Assembly (NCBI GenBank): GCA_964595645.1
Contig: CAZQQT010000001.1
Span: forward strand, 64,001-128,000
From: an uncultured Thermococci archaeon
GTDB lineage: Archaea > Methanobacteriota_B > Thermococci > Methanofastidiosales > B48-G16
Direction of reading: 5' to 3'
DNA length: 64,000 bases
The position numbers and the translations under genes were made by a program. Under the pieces are notes generated by a model. It was not told the DNA's origin and did not search any database. It was given only the letters and a program-made list of their open reading frames with translations. Each line of letters opens with the position of its first letter. The stretch's first letter is position 1. Below, piece by piece: positions 1 to 8,578 of the stretch.

Positions 1-890
1 GTTTCAATCCGCATTTCCTTTGAGAGAGACGAGTGGTGGACATCTATATCGGTATCCATTAAATTGAATCGCGATGAGAGAATTTCAGCCCTATCCCGGG
101 TGTTTACAAAGGTGAGGACACTCCTGTGCTGATCCACGAGTTCTCGGATCTTTCGCAATCGTGCAGCAGTTTCTGGTCCTATTTCGAGTTCGTCAGACCA
201 CTGGTAATCGTCATCTACAGGAGTGGGACAAACAATGGAGAGATCCATGTCCTTTGTTTCTGCGGTGTTCACGATTTCCACAGACCTGTTCCCTGCTAGG
301 AACTGTGCCACTTCCTTCGGCGATCCCACTGTCGCGGAAAGTCCTACTCTCAAAAACTCGCCTGCCCGTTCCACCAACCGCTCAAGACCGAGGGAGAGTT
401 GAAATCCGCGTTTGTCTACGGCGAGTTCGTGTATCTCATCTACAATCACATACTTCACTTTTTTTAGATGTTTTCTCATCACCTTTCCCACCATGATTGC
501 TTGGAGCGTCTCGGGGGTAGTGATAAGGATATCAGGAGGTGATAACGCCTGCTGCCGCCGCTGGTACTGTGTGGTATCTCCGTGGCGTACTTCAATCTGG
601 AGATCGAGATGCTCACACCACCATCTGAGCCGCCGGAGAAGATCTCTGTTGAGCGCCCGCAACGGCGCAATGTAAACTGCTTTTATTCCTTCTTCCTCCA
701 TTTCGCACACGTTTCCCAGAACAGGGAGAATCGCTGCCTCTGTTTTCCCTGATCCTGTTTTCGCAATAATAAGAGTATGGTTACCGTCAAGAATTTGTGG
801 AATTCCCAGTTTCTGGGGTTCTGTGGGTGATTCCCATTCTCGCTCTTCGAGAAGTTCCTGAACCTTGGGGTGCAGACGCTCGTAGACCAT
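1..890 (-). CDS. lhr: Lhr-family SF2 DEAD/H-box helicase, N-terminal part (runs off the window edge)
   Basis: Not in the ORF track; manual translation from ATG 890 gives MVYERLHPKVQELL...PTEPQ (Q motif), AKTGSGKT (Walker A), YIAPLRALNRD, VRHGDT, ILITTPETL, VIVDEIHE, GLSATVG. Confidence 0.9.
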   Translation of the reverse strand, partial: MVYERLHPKVQELLEEREWESPTEPQKLGIPQILDGNHTLIIAKTGSGKTEAAILPVLGNVCEMEEEGIKAVYIAPLRALNRDLLRRLRWWCEHLDLQIEVRHGDTTQYQRRQQALSPPDILITTPETLQAIMVGKVMRKHLKKVKYVIVDEIHELAVDKRGFQLSLGLERLVERAGEFLRVGLSATVGSPKEVAQFLAGNRSVEIVNTAETKDMDLSIVCPTPVDDDYQWSDELEIGPETAARLRKIRELVDQHRSVLTFVNTRDRAEILSSRFNLMDTDIDVHHSSLSKEMRIE

Positions 891-965
891 AACATTGTCC
901 CTCTGAAGAGAAGAATAAAAGGATTTCTATGGGGAGATGTACACAATATAATAAGTAGATGATCA

Positions 966-1727
966 CTACAAAAACCCAACTCTGATAATTCCAAACACGT
1001 ACAGTATCGTGACAATAACCGGCTGGTGGAGCAGGTAGATCTGGAGCGATTTCTTTCCCAGAAAAGAGAGAAGCCGGATAAAACGATGGTGGGAGAGATC
1101 CGGGAGAGAGAATCGTCGTGTGTAGTGAGGATACAGCGTGTTGCCCACAGCTAACCCTATGAGTACGGCACCGAACCATGGAAGTAGAGGGAAGTAATCT
1201 ACGGTGACAAACTGTTGCGGCCGGAACCCTATCCACAATAACCAAGGCCCTTCGACAGTTACTGTTGTTAAATAAAATCCAACGCCTATTACAGCAAATG
1301 CCAACAGGAGATTGGTGAAGCGACGGTGGATCACAGGATACGCGAGGATAATTGAGGTACCGATGAGATGGAGCACACCGAATCGAATATAATGGTCTCC
1401 CAGGAATACCCATGTGACTGCAGTAATGATCAGCCCCCATGAGAAGATCTTCAATCCTCTTGTGAGATACTTCCTCCAGAACGATTTGCCAGGGGTACGT
1501 TGGGTCGCGCGGGAGTAGCTGAGTGTCAATGAGACACCTACCAGTGATATAAATACGGTAGCCGTTGTCACGGCGAAATAATCCCAGAAATCAGACTGTA
1601 GAAACGCATACCCGCCGTGAAAGAATTTCAGATCGGTGATTGTGTTGGAAACTACCATCATGCAGATACCAATTCCTCGGAGCATGTCTACTTCCCAGAA
1701 TCGCTGCGTCAGCTGTGTGCCCATCAT
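966..1727 (-). CDS. DUF1624 / heparan-alpha-glucosaminide N-acetyltransferase-like membrane protein
   Basis: RFWEVDMLRG, IRFGVLHLIG, DYFPLLPWFG, LGKKSLQIYLLHQP motifs; multi-TM; start moved to MMGTQ. Confidence 0.85.
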   Translation of the reverse strand: MMGTQLTQRFWEVDMLRGIGICMMVVSNTITDLKFFHGGYAFLQSDFWDYFAVTTATVFISLVGVSLTLSYSRATQRTPGKSFWRKYLTRGLKIFSWGLIITAVTWVFLGDHYIRFGVLHLIGTSIILAYPVIHRRFTNLLLAFAVIGVGFYLTTVTVEGPWLLWIGFRPQQFVTVDYFPLLPWFGAVLIGLAVGNTLYPHYTRRFSLPDLSHHRFIRLLSFLGKKSLQIYLLHQPVIVTILYVFGIIRVGFL

Positions 1728-1797
1728 TCTCTTTTTTGAGTAGAACATATAAATCTCACGGCAAGAGGTATTTAAGGTTTGGAACCTCACGTGGAGT

Positions 1798-2616
1798 ATG
1801 GTGCGAATTGCATGTGTACAGGTGGGAGCGGAGAAAGATCGTGAGACGTCTCTTGCGAAGGTGGATCAGTTGCTCGAGAGTGCGTCGTCGCAAGGAGCAG
1901 CCATCGCATGTCTCCCCGAACTTACCGTGGATCAGTTCTTTCCTCAGTACTTCGGTGAGGAAAAGTTTTTCTCACTCGCAGAGCCGTTGGATGGTCCGCT
2001 TGTACGGCAGTTCCAGCAACTGGCGAAAAAATACCGTATCGCACTCATTCCCAATCTATACGAAAAGGGAGAGAAACCCGATACGTACTACGATACCTCA
2101 CCGGTGATCGATGCCAGTGGAACGCTTGTGGGATCGCAGCAGATGATGCATATCACCGAAGATCCGACGGAAGACGAAAAGTTCTACTACACTCCAGGGG
2201 ATCGGGGATACCATGTGTTTTCCGTGGCCGACGTTACAGTAGGTATTGCTATATGCTACGACCGCCATTTCCCCGAGCATATGCGGATTTTAACGCTTCG
2301 GGGTGCAGAGATCATTTTTGTCCCTACAGCCACTACCGCACTGCACAAAGAGGCGTGGGAAGTAGAAGCGAGGGCCAATGCTATTGTGAACGGTGTCTTC
2401 GTTGCACAGACAAACAAAGTGGGAAAAGAGGGAGATCTGGAGTTCTTTGGGAATAGTCTTGTGGTGGATCCGAAGGGTACAATAATTGCGAAGGCCTCGA
2501 GAAAGGAAGAACCATTAATCGTGGATATCGATCCAACACGTATTCCAGAGACGCGAGAGGAATGGCCGTTTCTTCGGGACAGACGGCCTGAAATCTACGG
2601 AGAGCTAACATGTTAA
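1798..2616 (+). CDS. Nitrilase-superfamily carbon-nitrogen hydrolase (beta-ureidopropionase / N-carbamoyl amidase-like)
   Basis: CLPEL (Glu41), EKFYYTPGD, ICYDRHFPE (Cys153), FFGNSLVVDPKG, FLRDRRPE; catalytic Lys position is Met. Confidence 0.85.
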   Translation: MVRIACVQVGAEKDRETSLAKVDQLLESASSQGAAIACLPELTVDQFFPQYFGEEKFFSLAEPLDGPLVRQFQQLAKKYRIALIPNLYEKGEKPDTYYDTSPVIDASGTLVGSQQMMHITEDPTEDEKFYYTPGDRGYHVFSVADVTVGIAICYDRHFPEHMRILTLRGAEIIFVPTATTALHKEAWEVEARANAIVNGVFVAQTNKVGKEGDLEFFGNSLVVDPKGTIIAKASRKEEPLIVDIDPTRIPETREEWPFLRDRRPEIYGELTC

Positions 2617-3152
2617 GGCTTCTTAAAGTTCAGCACGGTATCCTCAACAAGTGTACGGTTATGGAGTATCGTGGTCACGAGCTTCTTCTCAAAAAGGAAG
2701 TTCATCCGTTGCATTTCCTTATATACATCCTCGGTGTTCATATGTCGCGGATAGACAGAAATTAGCCCATCAGATTTAACTATTCGCTGTATCTTACATA
2801 ACAGTTCTTTTCTTTTGGAAGGAGTGAAATAGTGTGAGTGAAGTACATCATACAAAAGTACCACGTCGATGAACGTGTTATCTAATGGAATGTTGATCTC
2901 TCTTGTTGTATGGAGTATCTCAATATTTGAGAGATTCCGTGCATGGACCTTTCTTCTAACAGTAGATAGTCTATCTTCTCGTTTATCGAGCGCGTACACC
3001 TTTCCGTTTCTCCCAACAAGATGAGCAGCGGGAATGGTGTAGTAGCCACGTCCACACCCAAAATCGAGGACAGTATCACCATTACTGATACCAATATTTG
3101 TTAGAAAGTCCTCTGCATGTACTGTTAACCATTTTTCTACGTCATCTTCCAT
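2613..3152 (-). CDS. Class I SAM-dependent methyltransferase
   Basis: VLDFGCGRG motif I, VYALD motif II. Confidence 0.85.
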   Translation of the reverse strand: MEDDVEKWLTVHAEDFLTNIGISNGDTVLDFGCGRGYYTIPAAHLVGRNGKVYALDKREDRLSTVRRKVHARNLSNIEILHTTREINIPLDNTFIDVVLLYDVLHSHYFTPSKRKELLCKIQRIVKSDGLISVYPRHMNTEDVYKEMQRMNFLFEKKLVTTILHNRTLVEDTVLNFKKP

Positions 3153-3179
3153 TTTCTCAAGAACCGTCTATTTATTTAC

Positions 3180-3728
3180 TTAACGGGAGTACTTTCCCAT
3201 CAATGTAGCTTCAGCGAGAATGTGTCCGTCCATTGCATCGACGAGTCGTGCCTTCGTTGCTCCTTCTTGCAGATCGAGTGTCGTGTCGAGGGCGTAGAGC
3301 TTGAAGAAGTACCGGTGTGTACCCGATGGTGGACAGGGACCACCGTATTCGAGCTTCCCAAAATCATTTTTCCCACGAGAGTACGTGATTTTCTCGTCTT
3401 CTTCGAGTTTCGAAACCTCTGCGGGAATGTTCCATACTACCCAGTGGACCCAGGTTCCTGCAGGGGCATCGGGATCGTCTACTATCAACGCGAGGCTCTC
3501 GACGTCCTCGGGAATATTACTGAAGGTCAATGGTGGGGAGATGTCCGCACCGGCACACGTATACTTACTGGGAATCGTTCCCGCATGGACAAACGCACTG
3601 CTGGATATTTTCATGGATGATTCACCTCCTGATGGTGTAGTGGATTCCTTCTTCCCTGTGCATCCTGCGAAGAGTAAGAGACAGACAAGAACGAACCCTC
3701 CGATGCTGAATACATTCAGCTTTCTCAT
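3180..3728 (-). CDS. YbhB/YbcL (PEBP-family) lipoprotein
   Basis: LFAGC lipobox; DDPDAP, WVHWVVWNIP, YGGPCPPSGTHRYFFKLYALD. Confidence 0.9.
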   Translation of the reverse strand: MRKLNVFSIGGFVLVCLLLFAGCTGKKESTTPSGGESSMKISSSAFVHAGTIPSKYTCAGADISPPLTFSNIPEDVESLALIVDDPDAPAGTWVHWVVWNIPAEVSKLEEDEKITYSRGKNDFGKLEYGGPCPPSGTHRYFFKLYALDTTLDLQEGATKARLVDAMDGHILAEATLMGKYSR

Positions 3729-3767
3729 TACTAATAATCCCTCTTATTCCTTAAATATGTTGCGGAT

Positions 3768-4709
3768 TTAGTCCTCTTCGAACATCGGCCCTTCGACATC
3801 GCCGTCCTGATTATAGCCTCTTTGTTCCCAGTACCCTCGGTAGCTAGGATCATCGCTCAGCTCGATTTTCGTGACCCACTTGATCCACTTGTATCCCCAC
3901 TTTTCCTCGGCGACGAGTTGGGAGGGAAATCCTTTTTCTGGGGTAAGGGTCACGTTGTTCATTTTGTATGCGAGGAGAATATCGTTATCAACAATGTAGT
4001 CCAACGGCAGTGAGGTTGAGTATCCATCGTACGCGTAGAATATTACGGTGTTCGCCTGTGGAGTGATTCCAGCCATGTCAAGGAGATCTTTTACCAGTAC
4101 GCCTTCCCAGAGGATGGTGATACTCCATCCCTCCACACAGTGGAGGGCCATTACTTTCCGGTACCGTTGAAACGCGAGAACATCCTCGTAGGTGAGCTCT
4201 TTCTCTGCATCCACGAGCCCAGTGAGTGTTAACCGGTATGTATCTTTCTCGATATTCTGGGGACCTTTTATCGACGTAGTTCTCACCGCAGAAAAGGGAG
4301 TGAGTTTCTCCCCCTCATACTCTGTGATCTCGACATCGTCCAGATCCTTCACCGGAGACTCATCAGGTGATTTTGACTCTTCAGGAACTTCCGTACATCC
4401 AGATACCATCGCGAGACTCACAATGAGGGCAATGAGTAGTGTATTTTTCATTTTTTCATGGAATATTGTGCATGTCATTGCTACTATCCACCGCCAGTGA
4501 AGGAGAAGGTGGATAAGTACTAGGATCCCCATGAAAAGACCGCTCCAGTCGTGTATCTCAGAGAGCGTGTACATCGGGAGTGATCGGATACCGAGCACAC
4601 GAAGTACCGCCGGATATTTCACGAGAAATTTAATAAATCCTGTACCAAAATTTGCGATGAACAGAAATAGGAGCCCTATGTCAATGAAATAATTTATTTT
4701 TCGATCCAT
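3768..4709 (-). CDS. DUF4405-like haem-binding membrane domain fused to a sulfite-oxidase-family (MsrP-like) molybdopterin oxidoreductase
   Basis: N-term IHDWSG...LIHLLLHWRWI; internal lipobox MVSGC; LHCVEGWS (Moco Cys), GYSTSLPL, GYKWIKWV, GYWEQRGY. Confidence 0.8.
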   Translation of the reverse strand: MDRKINYFIDIGLLFLFIANFGTGFIKFLVKYPAVLRVLGIRSLPMYTLSEIHDWSGLFMGILVLIHLLLHWRWIVAMTCTIFHEKMKNTLLIALIVSLAMVSGCTEVPEESKSPDESPVKDLDDVEITEYEGEKLTPFSAVRTTSIKGPQNIEKDTYRLTLTGLVDAEKELTYEDVLAFQRYRKVMALHCVEGWSITILWEGVLVKDLLDMAGITPQANTVIFYAYDGYSTSLPLDYIVDNDILLAYKMNNVTLTPEKGFPSQLVAEEKWGYKWIKWVTKIELSDDPSYRGYWEQRGYNQDGDVEGPMFEED

Positions 4710-4781
4710 ATACAATTTTTGATAGAGAATGTTAAATACTTTTTGTGTGGATGTTTCTATCACAACGTTTTCAATCGATTC

Positions 4782-5093
4782 TCATCGTGGCTTCCACTGA
4801 TACTCTTTTAAATCGATGGTGCCATTCTCGTCGAATGTTACTCCCTCACGTTCCAGAAGTGCCTTCTGTAGTCCGTATCCACCGCCTCGAGGCAGCGATA
4901 TTTGTCCCTTCTTGTTTACCACCCGATGCCACGGGAGATCGTATTTTTTGGATGAGGAACTGAGTACCCACACTACCTGCCGTGCACCCCGTGGATTTCC
5001 TGCGGCAACAGCTATCTGACCATAGATCGCGACTTTTCCCGATGGAATTTGTTTGATAATCGCTCGTACGCGCTGTGTGAAGGATGCAGACAT
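4782..5093 (-). CDS. Alkyltransferase-like (ATL/YbaZ) alkylated-DNA-binding protein
   Basis: IPSGKVAIYGQIA, GARQV, PWHRV (Trp in place of the MGMT Cys), LLEREGV. Confidence 0.88.
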   Translation of the reverse strand: MSASFTQRVRAIIKQIPSGKVAIYGQIAVAAGNPRGARQVVWVLSSSSKKYDLPWHRVVNKKGQISLPRGGGYGLQKALLEREGVTFDENGTIDLKEYQWKPR

Positions 5094-5134
5094 ACAGTAG
5101 TCTTTCTTCGCAGTGTATAAAATCTTTGCTGTGG

Positions 5135-5939
5135 TTATGTAACATCAACGTTGAGTCCCTTTTCTAGTTCCTCGTGGGTGGTACTGTCCGCCACTTCCCA
5201 AAACCATTCCTCAGCCTCGGCACGGTTGGCACGAACAGTTTCTGGAGTTGCGGCAAAGGCGAGTCTCTGTAGCCGTGTTACTACTTCAGCTGGTAGATCG
5301 TAGTGAATGTACCGGTAATAGAAGTTGTAGTGGAGCGGACAGTACTTCATTCTGAGGACCTCCACGAGGGGCTTGTAGGTGAAGTTCAGATAGAATAGGA
5401 GGGCCTCGATATCATTCTCCCGATGTAACTCTTTGAGTGTCAAGACCTGAAACAGCTGGAACGTCACTTTGAGCTCCTCCAATCTCGATTCAAGTTTTTG
5501 TAGAAAGGTTTCTCTGTTCACAGGATTATTTTTTACGATGTCCGCTTTGTCAAAATGAATCGTGGGCTCACCGTGGATCTCGTACTGAAGAAACTTATCC
5601 TCGCTGGATCGCTTCATGAACACAGTATCCAAGAAAAGGAAAGGGCTTGTCTCCCTTGAGGGTACAGAAAACTTGGGAGTGTCCGTGCCATGTAGGTTCT
5701 GGAAGTCTGTGCCATAGATCGATCTCCGAGAGGGTCAGCAGTGCTTTTTTCGTTGCACCGATGGTCTCTTCCACCCGTTCATCATCGCAGGCAATGTACA
5801 GATCAATATCCGACCACTCATCAATTCTGCCAAACCCCGCAGCACCCGCTTCCCACAAGGCATAGACATAATCCAACGGCTTGAGGCGCTCGATGAGTGT
5901 TGTTATAATAATTTCACGTCTAAGAGACTTTTTCTTCAT
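5135..5939 (-). pseudogene. Frameshifted Pol-beta-type nucleotidyltransferase domain protein
   Basis: ORF 5595-5939 (WEAGAAGFGRIDEWSDIDL) joins ORF 5135-5632 if one G is removed from AAGGGAGACA near 5653, giving LKETSPFLFLDTVF. Confidence 0.75.
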
Positions 5940-6064
5940 TTTTTTTCAATCTCCTTTTTTGTATTCTTCTATGTAACAGTATATAAATTCTTCATAGAAT
6001 ACTTACCTTCTACGGGACACGATACGAAAGAAAAATACTTATAAGAAAGAAGAGTTCCTCCTTC

Positions 6065-7396
6065 ATGCTGAGAAAACGGTTATGGAATCTGGCGTGGCCC
6101 GCCATCATGGCAAACGTGAGCACAACACTTGTCAGTTTGATCGATATGGTGATGGTGGGACAGCTGGGCTCCCTCACCGTGGCGAGTGTCGGACTAGGAG
6201 GACAGTTTTCATGGTTCATGATGCCGTTAATGTTTGCTATCTCCACGGGGACGATTGCAATCGTGGCCCGGTATATCGGTGCGGGAGATCCAGAGACAGC
6301 CGGAAGAGTCGCTGAACAGAGCATCTACCTCTCCTTCTTCATGAGCATTCCGGTGATACTAGTAGGTGTAGTGTTGGGAGATAACGCGCTGGCATTGATG
6401 GGTGCTGAACAGGAGGTGATAGAGCTTGGATATTCATACATACGGATTATCTTTGCCTTCTACTCCTTCCAATTTGTGGGCTTCACCGTTCTCGCTGCAC
6501 TTCGAGGAGCTGGAGACACGAAAACACCTATGAAACTCACGATACTCACTAATATCAGTAATGTGATTCTCAACTATCTTCTCATTTTTGGGATGTATGG
6601 ATTTCCTCGCTTGGAGGTTCAAGGAGCGGCATTGGCCACAGGAGCATCGTGGTTACTTACCTTTGTTGTGGGCTACGTACTCCTCACCCAGGGAAAGCTT
6701 GTGTTGCGTCTCAATATGCGATACACACTCGATAGAGCAATTTCCGTCCGAATTTTGAGGATCGGTATGCCCGCTACCATAGAACAGTTTGTGTTCAGTT
6801 TTTACAATTTCATCTACATCAGTATCATTACCAGGTTCGGTACCTTAGCGCTGGCTGCGCATCAGATCGGACTGCGCGTGGAGAGTATCGCCTATATGCC
6901 TGCCTTCGGATTCAATATTGCTACCGCATCGCTAGTGGGGCAGTATCTTGGATCGGAAGAAGAGGAAAATGCAGAAAAAACAGTGCACGAATCTCTTAAG
7001 ATGGTATCACTCTTCATGGGGGTGATGGGTGTGATTCTCGTCATCTTCCCGAGGTATCTCGTGATGCCTTTCCTCGACAGTGCAGACCCTTACTACGGAG
7101 ATGTCCTCCATCTCGCCTCCATCTACCTCATCATCGTCGGTATCTCAGAAGTTCCATTAGGATGGATTTTCTCGCTGAATGGTGCGCTACGAGGTGCAGG
7201 AGATACCCGATCCCCCTTATATGTGACTATTGTGAGTAAATTATTTTTTAGGCTTCTTCCCTCGTTTATTCTTGGATTCACCCTGGGCTATGGAGTAATG
7301 GGCGCGTGGGCTGCCATGACTATAGAAACGTTCACCACTGCAGCCATGCTCTACTGGATATTTAGACGAGGGAAATGGAAACATGTGAGCGTCTAG
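6065..7396 (+). CDS. MATE family efflux transporter
   Basis: LAWPAIM, LIDMVMVGQLG, two LRGAGDT(K/R)xP repeats, about 12 TM. Confidence 0.93.
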   Translation: MLRKRLWNLAWPAIMANVSTTLVSLIDMVMVGQLGSLTVASVGLGGQFSWFMMPLMFAISTGTIAIVARYIGAGDPETAGRVAEQSIYLSFFMSIPVILVGVVLGDNALALMGAEQEVIELGYSYIRIIFAFYSFQFVGFTVLAALRGAGDTKTPMKLTILTNISNVILNYLLIFGMYGFPRLEVQGAALATGASWLLTFVVGYVLLTQGKLVLRLNMRYTLDRAISVRILRIGMPATIEQFVFSFYNFIYISIITRFGTLALAAHQIGLRVESIAYMPAFGFNIATASLVGQYLGSEEEENAEKTVHESLKMVSLFMGVMGVILVIFPRYLVMPFLDSADPYYGDVLHLASIYLIIVGISEVPLGWIFSLNGALRGAGDTRSPLYVTIVSKLFFRLLPSFILGFTLGYGVMGAWAAMTIETFTTAAMLYWIFRRGKWKHVSV

Positions 7397-7448
7397 CGTG
7401 CCTCTCATGGAAGGTATATTTTAAATATCGCTTCGTGGAGTAGTATCT

Positions 7449-8144
7449 ATGCGAAAGGTCGTGCTCACGCTGAACACAGAGAAGATCTCTACTTTCTTCC
7501 CCCAGTTTATGCAGGAGATATTTGAGATGGTCGAGTATATCGAGGGGAAGGCACTCCTGAAACTTGACTTTGAGAAGGGAATCAAGATCGTGGTATGCGA
7601 TATAAAAATGAAGGAAGGGCACACACTGGATGATCTGTCTCTTCCCGAGTACTCAAATCTCACGCTCATGGAACAAAAGGGAGACACGTACACATGTTTG
7701 ATCAAAGCCAAGTTTAAAAGCCTCTATAACACAGATGCCGACTTTTCCAAGGAACAGCTCGCAAGATTTACGGAAGCGTTTAATGTTGGGGATATGATAT
7801 TTGATTTCCCAATGTACTTCTCAAAGGAAAAATTAGTATTTTCTATAATCGCGGACAACGAGGAGATAAAAAGGATGCTGGATATGGTGGAGCCACTGGA
7901 TATCATCGAGAGTGTCTCCTTCCACCCAGCTGTTATCTCCGAGTACAACGTGCTTTCCTCTCTCACTCCACGTCAACGCGAGGTGCTCCTCACTGCAAAA
8001 AAACGGGGATACTACGAGATTCCGAGAAAGATAAACGCTGCCGATATTTCGAAGGAATTTGGAATCAGCAAGGCAACAACACTTGAACATCTACGAAAGG
8101 CCGAAAATCGTATTATTTCGTCGCTTCTCGCAGGCGTCAAGTAG
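7449..8144 (+). CDS. Bacterio-opsin-activator-type HTH (HTH_10) transcriptional regulator
   Basis: C-terminal LTPRQREVL...GYYEIPRK...GISKATTLEHLRKAENRI. Confidence 0.88.
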   Translation: MRKVVLTLNTEKISTFFPQFMQEIFEMVEYIEGKALLKLDFEKGIKIVVCDIKMKEGHTLDDLSLPEYSNLTLMEQKGDTYTCLIKAKFKSLYNTDADFSKEQLARFTEAFNVGDMIFDFPMYFSKEKLVFSIIADNEEIKRMLDMVEPLDIIESVSFHPAVISEYNVLSSLTPRQREVLLTAKKRGYYEIPRKINAADISKEFGISKATTLEHLRKAENRIISSLLAGVK

Positions 8145-8215
8145 AGAATATCATTACGTTTTTCGATGAAACAATGATCGTCAAAAGTCTCTAATTTTTA
8201 TACATATACCTGTGT

Positions 8216-8230
8216 AAAAAGCTTTTTAAA
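8216..8230 (+). promoter_or_regulatory. BRE/TATA promoter of the pur operon (probably leaderless)
   Basis: AAAAAG-C-TTTTTAAA ends about 22 nt upstream of ATG 8252. Confidence 0.55.
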
Positions 8231-8251
8231 TCACGCAGTGTAAACACAAAC

Positions 8252-8374
8252 ATGGGAAAGATCGATGAGAATAGTTCCATACTCATCTCAAAAAATGGAG
8301 CGAAGTACTCTTCTACTGGAACAACTCTTGTCAACGGTTATGCGAATGGCATTGATTGTCAGGTGGTTGCGTGA
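8252..8374 (+). CDS. 40-aa leader ORF overlapping the purS start
   Basis: MGKIDENSSILISKNGAKYSSTGTTLVNGYANGIDCQVVA; stop forms a GTGA overlap with the purS GTG. Confidence 0.45.
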   Translation: MGKIDENSSILISKNGAKYSSTGTTLVNGYANGIDCQVVA

Positions 8375-8574
8375 CGAAAGTGTATGTGAAATATAAAGAA
8401 GGAATTATCGATCCCGAGGCTGAAAATACAAAGAAAGCATTAACAACGCTGGGCTACGATGTTGCCGATGTGAAGATCTGGAAAGTCTATGAGCTGACAA
8501 CGGATGATGATGTTGAAGAGATGGTTGAACGATTGCTGGCAAACCCTGTGATCCATGAGTATAGAATAGAGTGA
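8371..8574 (+). CDS. purS: FGAM synthase subunit PurS
   Basis: KEGIIDPEAE, ERLLANPVIHEY; GTG start after AGGTGG RBS. Confidence 0.93.
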   Translation: MTKVYVKYKEGIIDPEAENTKKALTTLGYDVADVKIWKVYELTTDDDVEEMVERLLANPVIHEYRIE

Positions 8575-8578
8575 GCCC

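Noticed and set aside
1-30. GTTTCAATCC start resembling a CRISPR repeat
   Set aside because: Single copy inside the lhr coding region; no repeat-spacer periodicity or cas genes
161-1440. ORF-track ORFs 161-496, 412-675, 683-1015 and 787-1440
   Set aside because: Shadow frames of lhr and the DUF1624 gene
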